DNA from: a virus
Lineage: Duplodnaviria > Caudoviricetes
Virus record (IMG/VR): IMGVR_UViG_3300017553_000012
Location: 1 to 24,623 of that record
DNA: 24,623 nt
Reading direction: 5' to 3' (one strand)
Below the pieces are notes generated by a model, which searched no databases, was not told where the DNA came from, and saw only the letters and a program-made list of their open reading frames with translations. Made by a program: the position numbers and the translations under genes. Positions 1 to 9,500 of the stretch are shown here, piece by piece (position 1 is the stretch's first letter; the number at the start of each line of letters is the position of its first letter).

Positions 1-734
1 ATGTAGGTCTCCAGGATGGTCGGTTCCTCGGGCGGGTCGATGACGACCACGGGGCCGGGGTAGTCCGGGTATACGATGCCCGTCGGGCGCGGATCGGTCG
101 GCGTGCCCCAGCCCCAGGGCATGCTCCGCATCTGGTCGATGATGCGCGCCGGGGTGAAGCGCACCACCGCGCCGCTGTCGCGCGTCTGGATCGAATGCAC
201 CGGCGGCATGTAGCGGAAGTCGAAGAACGCCATGGGCAGGCTGCTGGGCGTGTAGCGGGCGCCGCCGAAACTGAACTCCAGCACCCCGCTCGGCACGTAC
301 AGGCTGCCCAGCAGTTCGCTTTCTGCATCCCGTGTCGGACCGAACTCGTCGCAGCGGTTCCAGTTTGGCGCCTGGCCCGTGTCCTTCCACGGCGGCGCCG
401 GCCGGTAGATCAGCCGCAGACGGACGTCTTGCTGCTGCACGCGGCGCGACCAGGCCAGCCAGGCCCCGGAGTCACGAACTGGAACGGCGCCCCAGCCCGA
501 GCCCTCGGCGGCGTCAAGGGCCTGGCCCTGCCCCCAGGCGCCGGCGGCCCCTGCATCGGCGGCGGCCACTTCGCCCCAGCCCGAGCCGGCCTGATCATCA
601 ATCTGACCACCGACGCCCCAGCCGGAAACGGCGCCGCCCTCCTTCGCCGGCACGGTGGACCAGCGCACAAGGCGCGCAGGATCCCCAAGGCGCCTGGCGG
701 GCTGCCAGGCGCACGTCGTGTCGTGTGTCAGCAT
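1..734 (-). CDS. Partial tail-tip/virion structural protein (>244 aa, truncated by window edge), starts MLTHDTTCAWQPARR
   Basis: Hand-translated: ATG at 734-732 overlaps the TGA of the upstream gene (TGATG); frame open to position 1; contains 14-aa periodic Trp repeats; absent from the ORF track because it has no stop in the window. Confidence 0.85.
   Translation of the reverse strand, partial: MLTHDTTCAWQPARRLGDPARLVRWSTVPAKEGGAVSGWGVGGQIDDQAGSGWGEVAAADAGAAGAWGQGQALDAAEGSGWGAVPVRDSGAWLAWSRRVQQQDVRLRLIYRPAPPWKDTGQAPNWNRCDEFGPTRDAESELLGSLYVPSGVLEFSFGGARYTPSSLPMAFFDFRYMPPVHSIQTRDSGAVVRFTPARIIDQMRSMPWGWGTPTDPRPTGIVYPDYPGPVVVIDPPEEPTILETY
450..662 (-). repeat. 42-nt (14-aa) periodic repeat with invariant Trp
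   Basis: Trp codons (CCA on +) at 450, 492, 534, 576, 618, 660; GCCCCAGCCCGAGCC occurs at 489 and 573. Confidence 0.85.
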
Positions 735-1588
735 CAGGTCATCTCGATAGGTAAAGGCCCAAGACCTAGTGGCAGGTAGTAGCGCACGGCCTGCAGGCGC
801 GCGGTGCCGATCAGACGCGACGGATTTTCGCCCTGGATCGGCCACCACGCCGGCTCCTCGGCCGGCAGGTTGCCGGCTTCGGTTACCTGGTACAGCCAGC
901 CCTCCATGACCGTTGGCCGTACCCGTTGGCCGACTTCCACCGCCTTTCCCGGCTCGAACAGTTCGCCCCAGTCGTCCATGCCCAGGGCATACCAGGTGCC
1001 TGCGTCAGTGACCTCCAGGTCCACGTCCTGCAGCGCCTCCTCGGCGGTGAAGCCGGCGCCGGCGACACGCCACTGCCCGTCGGCCTGCCGCTCAACTACC
1101 ACCACCTCGCGGATCCGCCGCACGCCGTCAACGCGCGCGCCGGCCGGGATCTTGGCCGGCCGAGTGATCACCCCACCGCCCTGCCCCTCGGTGAGGTTGT
1201 AGGAGAGCGAGGTAGTGGAGGCATCGAGGATCGGCCAGCGCAGCAGGCCCAGCCGCGGTGAGCCGCGGTCGGTGACCTGCACGAGGAACTGACCGCGCAG
1301 CAGCTCGGTCTTGAACCGCTGCACCTGCGGCTCCGCAGTCACCCGGAAGAATCCAATGGCTGCAGAGCCCACCGGCTCATCCCCCACGAACAACGTGGCG
1401 AGCTTCGGGTCAGCTGTCGCCTCACCCTCCCGAAAGACCTGCAGAGACAGAGCCTGTAGCACTGGTATCCCCTGCTTGTCTGGCAGCACAGTAAGGCGCG
1501 ACGCTCCAGCGGCCATGCCGAGTGAAGGGGTGTAGAAGCCACGCTGCAGGATCGGCATCTTCGCAACAGCAAAGGCAAAGTCCATCAC
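734..1588 (-). CDS. Tail-associated protein with C-terminal aromatic, carbohydrate-binding-like motif
   Basis: 284-aa ORF overlapping both neighbours, in tail-tip position; WGELFEPGKAVEVGQRVRPT..GWLYQVTEAG..EPAWWP motif. Confidence 0.75.
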   Translation of the reverse strand: MMDFAFAVAKMPILQRGFYTPSLGMAAGASRLTVLPDKQGIPVLQALSLQVFREGEATADPKLATLFVGDEPVGSAAIGFFRVTAEPQVQRFKTELLRGQFLVQVTDRGSPRLGLLRWPILDASTTSLSYNLTEGQGGGVITRPAKIPAGARVDGVRRIREVVVVERQADGQWRVAGAGFTAEEALQDVDLEVTDAGTWYALGMDDWGELFEPGKAVEVGQRVRPTVMEGWLYQVTEAGNLPAEEPAWWPIQGENPSRLIGTARLQAVRYYLPLGLGPLPIEMT

Positions 1589-2547
1589 CAGGCCCCCGGA
1601 TCATCCGTTACGAACAGCAGCCCGTATGGGCAAGGGATCGGCCACACGTTGTAGCCATTCACTACCTTGGGCGACCTCCATGCTTCCAGCGTTGGAGTAA
1701 ACCCCAGCGCAGCCATAATCCCTCCCGGCTCATAGTGCCCAATGATGTTGTCATAGAGGACGCCCGGTACCAGCCCCACATACGACGCGCCATACACCAG
1801 ATGCAGTGGGTTCAGCCGCAGCACCGGGGGGAGCGCCGGAGGCACCGGCGATAAATATGTTGAAATATTCTGGAGCATTCCCGGGTTGCCGCTCACCACC
1901 AGTCCAGCGCCGCTGATTACGGCGCCGGTCAGTGGGTCGCGCAACGCCGTGTAACCTACGTCGAAGGTCGTGTTATCGAGGCTCGACGTCCAGGTCAAGG
2001 CTCTACTGGCCCCGCTCAAGGCGAACATGTTTTGCACGCCCGACAGGTCCGAATACAACTTTGCCGAACCGCAGAAGAAGGTCAGGCTGCTCGTGTTAGA
2101 TGTCTCGGAAACCGCATCGGTGAATCGGACCTGGAGAACAAACGCATCTGCGGTGGCTGCTAGGAGCCAACCGCGGATGGGATCGCTATCACGGAACGAA
2201 ATCCAGTGCCGGTTACCCTCGGTCGGGTTACTGCTCGCGGAATACAGCAGGGAGCGCAAGTTTTGCCCAGTTGGAGGAGAACTCGCCCCGGAGGTCATTA
2301 CCTCCATCAGGTATATCATCAGCCCTCCAGCAGCGGTCCGGGTGAAATTCACCGCTCCGCCGGAAGGCCTAGATAACGTGAACCCATTGGAGATGTTCTG
2401 CGCAACCGACCAACCCGCCGCCGCCTTCCCGGAATAGCCATTCACCAGGCACGGCACCAGGATCTGCAGCAGCTTGGCCAGGTTGCTGCCGGTCAGGTTC
2501 AACCCTGGACCGGCAGCGTCGTGGTGGGTATAGATAGTGACTGCCAT
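1585..2547 (-). CDS. Putative tail fibre / receptor-binding protein
   Basis: 320-aa ORF coupled to both neighbours; N-terminal LVPCLVNGYSGKAAAGWS motif resembling phage tail proteins; beta-rich body with atypical codon usage. Confidence 0.65.
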   Translation of the reverse strand: MAVTIYTHHDAAGPGLNLTGSNLAKLLQILVPCLVNGYSGKAAAGWSVAQNISNGFTLSRPSGGAVNFTRTAAGGLMIYLMEVMTSGASSPPTGQNLRSLLYSASSNPTEGNRHWISFRDSDPIRGWLLAATADAFVLQVRFTDAVSETSNTSSLTFFCGSAKLYSDLSGVQNMFALSGASRALTWTSSLDNTTFDVGYTALRDPLTGAVISGAGLVVSGNPGMLQNISTYLSPVPPALPPVLRLNPLHLVYGASYVGLVPGVLYDNIIGHYEPGGIMAALGFTPTLEAWRSPKVVNGYNVWPIPCPYGLLFVTDDPGAW

Positions 2548-5500
2548 CAGTCAGCGTCTCCTCGAATCTGCAGTGCGAACTTGTCATCGGTCACCGTGCC
2601 CTGGCCGCTCTGGATGGTGCGAACGATCCACAGCGGGCCCAGGCAACTGTCGGTGTTGAAGCGCACGGCGTTCGCCGCGGCCCAGCCACTGCCCCAGCCG
2701 GCGGCGCGAATGGTGAAATACGGCGTGTTGGTTTCCGGGTTGATCGGCGAGCAGTCCTGCGCGGTCGAGCCGGTGGCGATCACCCCCAGCTTCTCCTCCA
2801 CCACCTGGAAGCTGGTCGCGGCGGTGAACACCAGCGCCCACTTGCCATCGATGGCGCCCATATTCGCGATGATCGGCGGGTAGCTCAGGAGGTTGTACTG
2901 CGCGGTCGTGGTCTCCCCAATCGGAGCATCCGTCCAGTTCGGCGCACCGCTATTCCACGCTCGTTGCGTGAACCAGTGGTGGTAGCGCGCCTGCAGGTCG
3001 CCCCAACTGACTGCACTGCTCACCGTCGCCTCGCCCGCCGGCAGGTCCCACGGCATCGGCGAGGCCAGGCCGAGCTGGCCACTAATCTGCACTTCGGTGC
3101 ACAGCGTCATGTGCTCGACGCGGTCGCGCACCACCAGGGGCAGCGTCAACGGGTTGCCCTCTGCATCCTGCAGCACCAGGGGATTGCCCCAGGTCACCCG
3201 GCCCAGTTCGCGGCTCACCGTGTAGCTGGCCGGCCGCAGCGCCACGCCGTTGGCGTCCGTCACCTCGATGGCGGCCTGCTGCTGGCGGGCCAACTGCAGC
3301 ACACCACCAGGTTGCGGATCCGCCACCGAGGTCTCCTTCACGTGGCGGATCACCAGCACGTCGGCCTCACGGTACTGCGGCACACGTCCGTCTGCCGGCA
3401 GCCGCACGGGGTCGAGGCCGATCAGGCTGGCGTCCAGAGGCAGCGTGGAATACACAACAGCGTTGTAGCGCAGCAGGATCGGGATCACCGGGATGTCGCT
3501 CGCGCCGGTCGAGTCGTCCAGATTGCTGGTGAACCGCAGCCGGACGATTCCGGTGGTCACGTCGACCGAGCCCTTGATGACCGCTCCGGCGAATACGCCG
3601 TTGGCGTCAGCCGTCGCCGTCACCACCTGGGCGTTGTCCACCCGTACTGCGGTGACCTGCAGGCTGCCCACGCGCAGCGGCGCCCCCTGGGTACGGAACG
3701 TCATGGCGTTCACGGCGAAGCCGGCGTTCGTCGTCAGGCACGCCTGCAGAGTGACCACCGGTGATGCGCCAGACGGGTAGTAGCTAAGTGTCGCGGTGCG
3801 CCCGGCGTAGTCCACAGAACCGACCGCGCCGCCGGCATTGGTAGTGCTGTTGACGTTCTTGTAGAGCACGCCCGAGCGATCCACATAGGTCTCACCAGCG
3901 AAGGTGAACACCAGCGAGCCCGGCAGGATCGACTCCGACACGCCCGGCAGCAGGTCCAGCGTCAGCGGGACCACAGCCTGGGTGTCGGTCTGGTCGCCGT
4001 AGGTCTCGCTGTTCGACTGCGCGCGGATCGTCAGCGTGCCGCCGAACGACTCCATCTCGCTGCGGTCGGTGCTGACCAGTTCGATGGTATCCGGGTTGAA
4101 GCCATGCTTCTCGGTGGCGTATGCGAACTCCTTGTAGGTGTAGGTCCGCGCAACCTGGAGCGAGCAGGCGCCGGTCGAGTAGTTGATGCTCCCGCTCCGG
4201 CCTCCGCCCCATCCGCCGGCGGTGTTGTCGCTCACCGCGTTGTTGACAAGGACATCTGATTCGTACACCGGCAGGGAATTACCGCTCTCCAGCACGCCGT
4301 GGTCGATGGCCGGAACGGCTTGCCTCTGTTTCGTGATCCAACTGATCTGCACCGTGCCAGGCTTCAGCGGCGCGCCCGGGATGGTGAAGGTGGCCATGCC
4401 GGTGCCGTCCGAGGTCACGGCGAGCGGAGTGTCGGTGAAAGCGCCTTGCTGGTACGTGTGGGTGATCGCCGTCCCGGCATCCGGGGTGGCGGCCAGTTCC
4501 ATGCTCACGGTGCCGGCGGCGTAGTTGATGACGCCGCTGCCGCCGTTGCCGGAGAGGGTTCCGTTGCCGTTGTCGCCGATGGTCTTGGTCACCCCGCCGA
4601 CCGCGAACGTCGCCGAGTACGAGCCCGGCAGCAGGCCCTGGTGGGGCAGCGCGCGGCTGACCTTGGCCTTGGCCTGGATGCTGCTACCGGTGCGCTGGGT
4701 GAACGCGGCGCTGTTCTGCCCGACATAAGCCCAGATCACGCTGCTGTCCACGTCCGGCAGAGCCGCCAGCGTCAGCGATACCGAGCCGGTGGAGAAGACG
4801 ATGGTGCCGGTGCCCTCCCCCACCAGCTCGCCGTTGCCCTGGTCGCGCAGGGTCTGCCATTTCCCCAGGGCCATGTAGGACACTTCCAGCGTACCGGGCA
4901 TCGGCGGTGCATCGGACAGGCTCAGGGTGTACACGTAGCCACGGTTTGCGAGACCGATGGGGATCTCACCGGTTATGGTCTCCCCGGTGGCCGCGGCGCC
5001 TGGCTGGTGGCTGGCGGTGGCCGCGCCGGTGTAGCCAGCACCGGTGCGCACAAGGTTGATCTCGCCAGTTTCGTAGTCCACGGTCCCGCTGGTGATCCAG
5101 TTGCTGCCGGACACGTAGCGCAGCTTGCCGGTGCTGTCGTCAGCGAACGTACCGCCGTTGACGTTGAGCGTCAGCGAGCCGGGCGAGCAGCCGGTGCCGA
5201 GGAACGTCCGCGACTGGCCGCCGCCGACCAGGGCGAAGGTGAGGTTGACCGCTCGGGCCGGGCCGGTGGCCAGCACCAGGCGCCGCTGATAGCCGGCCAG
5301 TTGGTCGATCAGGGAATTCTCCCGCGTGCTGCTGGGAACCAGTTGGGCATAGACCGATGCGACCTTCAGGCTCAGCGCCCCCTCGGCCACCGCCTCAGCC
5401 AATGGGCTGATGCCGTAGTAGTGGGCAGCATCGGCCACCTGAGTCGTCAGCACGCTGGATTTCGTGCCGCCGGAACCTGCGGGCATCACCGTCCCGGCCG

Positions 5501-6122
5501 GCGTCGGAATGCCGCCCGGGAACGTATTCAGCAGCGGTGAGCTGATCGACATGTCGAGCCGGCGCCGACTGAAATTCACGAAGTTTCCATTGCCATAGTC
5601 GTATGTGTACGACTCGATGCGGGCGTCCACGTTGGTGATCCGCACGTATTGCGAGAGCGAACCATTCACCAGCTGGTACACCTCCCCGATCTCCGGCAGG
5701 CGCTGCTCTTCGCGCTGGATACAAGCGATGGCGCGCTGGCCCTGCAGCTGATTGCCGAGCAGTTCGAACGGCGCGGCCACGGCCGACACGACGAATGATT
5801 CGATGGCGTTGCGCGCATCGGAACGCTCGTCCGTCTGGCTGCCGGTGTTGAACAGCAACACCGAGACGCGCGGATCCTCCGGCGACTGGGTCAGGATCGC
5901 GTGCGCGCCGAGATAGGGATCGGAATTCTGCGAGACCACCCCGGCGAAGACCTTCCGCAGGTTGATCCGGCCAATTGTGCGATCCAGGCGAGAGATGTCC
6001 GGGAAGAGGTTGTTGACCTCGCTGTCGACCACCGCCTGGCCGGTCGCCCGGCCGCCGCCGTCGTCCTCGTCGGTGAGCCGTTGCGATTTGAGCAGCTTGA
6101 TGTCGTTGATGCTGATGGCCAT
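2547..6122 (-). CDS. Large tail-tip/virion structural protein (1191 aa) with repeated beta domains
   Basis: Long ORF with GGAG RBS, two genes after tape measure; six G-x-[IV]-[DN]-Y-x-x-G-like repeats; Gly/Thr/Ser rich. Confidence 0.85.
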   Translation of the reverse strand: MAISINDIKLLKSQRLTDEDDGGGRATGQAVVDSEVNNLFPDISRLDRTIGRINLRKVFAGVVSQNSDPYLGAHAILTQSPEDPRVSVLLFNTGSQTDERSDARNAIESFVVSAVAAPFELLGNQLQGQRAIACIQREEQRLPEIGEVYQLVNGSLSQYVRITNVDARIESYTYDYGNGNFVNFSRRRLDMSISSPLLNTFPGGIPTPAGTVMPAGSGGTKSSVLTTQVADAAHYYGISPLAEAVAEGALSLKVASVYAQLVPSSTRENSLIDQLAGYQRRLVLATGPARAVNLTFALVGGGQSRTFLGTGCSPGSLTLNVNGGTFADDSTGKLRYVSGSNWITSGTVDYETGEINLVRTGAGYTGAATASHQPGAAATGETITGEIPIGLANRGYVYTLSLSDAPPMPGTLEVSYMALGKWQTLRDQGNGELVGEGTGTIVFSTGSVSLTLAALPDVDSSVIWAYVGQNSAAFTQRTGSSIQAKAKVSRALPHQGLLPGSYSATFAVGGVTKTIGDNGNGTLSGNGGSGVINYAAGTVSMELAATPDAGTAITHTYQQGAFTDTPLAVTSDGTGMATFTIPGAPLKPGTVQISWITKQRQAVPAIDHGVLESGNSLPVYESDVLVNNAVSDNTAGGWGGGRSGSINYSTGACSLQVARTYTYKEFAYATEKHGFNPDTIELVSTDRSEMESFGGTLTIRAQSNSETYGDQTDTQAVVPLTLDLLPGVSESILPGSLVFTFAGETYVDRSGVLYKNVNSTTNAGGAVGSVDYAGRTATLSYYPSGASPVVTLQACLTTNAGFAVNAMTFRTQGAPLRVGSLQVTAVRVDNAQVVTATADANGVFAGAVIKGSVDVTTGIVRLRFTSNLDDSTGASDIPVIPILLRYNAVVYSTLPLDASLIGLDPVRLPADGRVPQYREADVLVIRHVKETSVADPQPGGVLQLARQQQAAIEVTDANGVALRPASYTVSRELGRVTWGNPLVLQDAEGNPLTLPLVVRDRVEHMTLCTEVQISGQLGLASPMPWDLPAGEATVSSAVSWGDLQARYHHWFTQRAWNSGAPNWTDAPIGETTTAQYNLLSYPPIIANMGAIDGKWALVFTAATSFQVVEEKLGVIATGSTAQDCSPINPETNTPYFTIRAAGWGSGWAAANAVRFNTDSCLGPLWIVRTIQSGQGTVTDDKFALQIRGDAD

Positions 6123-6137
6123 GTGTGCTCCAGCGAA

Positions 6138-6163
6138 ATGAAAAACCCCGCCGAAGCGGGGTT
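6138..6163 (-). terminator. Intrinsic terminator-like hairpin
   Basis: Minus strand AACCCCGC-TTCG-GCGGGGTT followed by TTTCATTTC, right after the stop at 6168. Confidence 0.8.
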
Positions 6164-6167
6164 GATG

Positions 6168-6572
6168 TCAGGGGGATTCAGGGGGCGGCGGCGCCACCGT
6201 GATCAGGCGCAGGGTGATTTCGTAGTCCTCGGCGGGCCCAGGGTTCACCGTGCGGTGCACCTGGGAGGCCTCCAGCGGAGCCTGGCCGTTGGCCCGGTTC
6301 CACGTCACCGAGAACTCCCGGCCGTCCGGCAGCACCAGGTCCATGACCTTCAGCCGCTGGTCGCGCAGCGCCTCCAGTTGCCGCACCACCGACAGGGGCG
6401 TCCAGGCCCCGCCATTGGCCTGCAGGGTGATCGGCCTACCGTGCAGCTTGGTGCCCTCCTGCACCAAGAGCGCGCCGGTGATGGAGCGTTCCTGCTCCTG
6501 CGCCACCGCGTCCCAGGCGAACTCATCGGTCCATTCGAGCTGGTCATCCAGTTCGATGCTGTCGAGCATCAT
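6168..6572 (-). CDS. Distal tail (Dit-like) protein, putative
   Basis: 134-aa ORF overlapping the tape measure stop; size and position fit Dit. Confidence 0.7.
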   Translation of the reverse strand: MMLDSIELDDQLEWTDEFAWDAVAQEQERSITGALLVQEGTKLHGRPITLQANGGAWTPLSVVRQLEALRDQRLKVMDLVLPDGREFSVTWNRANGQAPLEASQVHRTVNPGPAEDYEITLRLITVAPPPPESP

Positions 6573-9500
6573 CAGCTTGTCCTCATGGCAGCCAGGCCGA
6601 GCACGTCGAGCAGCTTGCTACCGTCATCGTCGACGCCGACGTCGACGCTCCGGCCCCGGACCTCGAGGCGGATCGTCTTCATCGGCTGGGAAGGTGTTGC
6701 AGCAGCAGGCGTCGCCGAGGCCGGCGCGGGCGCCTGGGCCTGGGCAGCGTTCTGGGCATCGACGCGCGCCTGCTGGTCCGCCAGCTGACGCTTGGCGTCG
6801 GTCTCGGCCTGGATCTGCTGCAGAGTCGTCAGCGCCTGCATCAGGTTCTGCACAGCGTTGAGGTCACCAGCCTTCTGTGCGTCGGCCAATTGCGCCTGCA
6901 GGTCCTGCTTGCGACTGTTGAACTTGCTACGGTCCACTGCTTCCTGCTCGCCGCGCAGGCCCGCCAGTTCCTCCCGCAGGCTCGCCAGGGTGTCGCGCGA
7001 GCCCTCGGACAACTGCTGCATCCGCTGCTTGGCCGAGTCGATGGTGCTTTCCAGCTGCCGCAGGTCGGAGTCGTTCAGCAGGCTCATGCCATTGCGCGCT
7101 GCCTTCGCCTCCTCCAGGAACTCGCGCACGGTGATCGTGCCCGCGTCGTAGCCATCGAGCAGGCTCAGCAGTTGCCGCTTCTGCTCCAAGTACGAGACCG
7201 CCACGCGGTCGCTGTCGGCCTTCATGGACAAGGCCCACTTCCCGAGGCCGGAAACGCCAGGCATCGAGGCGGCGGCGTCGACCTTGCCCATCTCCTCGCG
7301 CATGCGCTGTAGCGACTCAGTGGTGCTCTCCAGCGAGGAGGTGTCTATCTGCGGCGCCGCACTGGATAGGCCGCGCAACTGGTCGAAGGCCGCCAGCGCC
7401 TCGGCGCTGAGCTGGGCCAGCGGTGCGCGGGTGGAACTGATCACGCCGGAGAAGAAGTTAGCGAAGTCGGACATGTCGTCCTTCGCGAACCCCACCGACT
7501 TGCGCTCGGCCTCCATGGCTTCGCCAATGGCCTTGCGCTGCTCCTCCAGGGACTGGGTGGCCTTGTCCGTCGAATCTGCAAAGGCGTCCATGCCCTGGGC
7601 GCCGGTGACGCCTGCTGCCTTCATCTCGGCGATCTTCTCGCTGAGCTCCTTCTGCGAGCGGTTGAACTCGTCCGCCTTGATCTTGCCATCGTTGTACAGC
7701 TTGTTCAGCGCGGTGCGGATGTTCGAGATATCCGCCGAGGTCCTGGCATTGGCGATGGCGTCCTGCACATCCTTCAGCGACTCCAGGCCAGTGCTCAGGT
7801 CAGAGACACCAAGGGCAGCGCCGCCGGCCGCCTTCTGCAACTCCTTCAACTTGGCGTTGAGCACCCCTGCGCCGTTGGCATACTCCTGCTGGCTGAGCGC
7901 GCCCTGCTGGTAGGCCTTGCGCATTTCCTCCTGCAGCTTGGTCAGTTGGCCCGCCGTGGTGGCCGTGCTGATCTGATCGAGGGCGTTCTGCAGGCTGGTG
8001 ACAGCCTGGACCGCCTGGACGCTGGCGTCCTGCGCGCTGGCCTTCAGGTTCTCGAAGTGTTCGGTGATGACCTGGCTCTGCTCACCGGCCGCGCTCGACG
8101 TGTCCTTGGCGCTGGTGTCCCAGGCGGCCGCAATGTCTTTGGCATCTTGCTCGACCTGAGCCTTGAATCCCGCCGTCAACCCATCCAGGACCTCCCGGGC
8201 TTGCGCTGCGGAAGCCTTGAGTTTCTCGCCGCCAAACAGAGAGGGCACCTTGTCGGCGACCGCCTCGATTGCACCCAGCATTTCGCTGAGCTTGTTGGTA
8301 ACCGCCGCAGCCGCCAGCGAAAGACCAGCAGTCAAGCCATTGAACAGCGTGCGGAAGGGCGCGATAAACAACTGCACCCGGGTGGTCATCTGGTCGATTT
8401 CCGACCGGAACCCACTGAGCCAGGTCGAGGTGTTGTCGACCAGCGCCTTGAAGTCCACCTCCCCAAGGCGCTTCACGAAGTCGCCAACCCACTCGGCGCC
8501 TTGCACGAAGGCATCCGACAGCCCCTTGGCCAACTTGTCCAGGCGGCCGTCAGCATCCATCTGCGCGATGGTGTCGGCCAGGGCCTGCAGCTTGCCCTTG
8601 ACGTAGTCCAGCGCTCCGGCGTTGGCAATGCGATTAAGGAAGTTGGTGGCGGTGTCTTGCAGGTTGCTGATCAGCCCGCTCAGGCGGCTCATATTCGCCG
8701 CAGCGGCCCCGCCCGAGGTGCGGCCCATTTCGTCGATCAGGGCCTTGATCACGTCGCGACCGAGCTTGCCCTTGCTCGCCAGCTCCTGTAGTTGCTCGAC
8801 GTTCTTCCCGGTGACGTTGGACAGCATGTCCCACACCGGAACGCCGCGCTCGACGAGCTGCAGGATTTCCTCGGTCTGCAACTTCTGCTTGGCCCAAGCC
8901 TGGCCGACCGCCGTAGCGATTCCCTCCAGGCGCTCCATTCCTCCGCCCAGCTTCTCGGACTGATCCTCCAAGGCCTTGAAGGTCCCGTCCATCGGATCGA
9001 TGCCGTATGCCTTCAGCAACGCAAAGGCGTCGGTGACCTCCTGCAGTTGCAGGGGGGTGTCCTTGGCGAACTTGGTGATCCAGGCCGCAGCCTCCTGCCC
9101 TTTCTCCACCGAGCCCATCAGCGACGTCAGGCGAGTCTGCAAGCCCTCAAACTCGTCACCGGTCTTGAGCATCGAGACGATGCCGTCGCGCACCGCGCCG
9201 ATGCCACGCCCGATCAGGTCGAAGGCAGCATTGATCCCCACGAAGGCCGCCGCATATCCAACGGCCTGGCGAACGCCAGCGGCCATCGCCGAGCGAAGCG
9301 CATCCACGCGCGAAACGTGGTTGGCGGCCTCACGCGCCGCGCGGGCCTGGTCGCGCTCCAGATCACGCAGTTCCTTGGCGTTCTGGCTGATCGCCTCCTT
9401 GGTGCGCGTGACCTCGGCCGCCAGACGCCGCTCTTCGTCGGCCAGCTTGTCGGTATCGATGCCGGCAGCCCGGGCGGCCTGTTGCTGATCGGCCAGCTTG

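Noticed and set aside
195-779. Track ORFs 195-779, 332-754, 410-688
   Set aside because: Better explained by the coupled minus-strand frame starting at 734 that runs off the window
734-6122. Diversity-generating retroelement or shufflon at tail genes
   Set aside because: No reverse transcriptase, invertase, template/variable repeat pair or inverted crossover sites seen in the window
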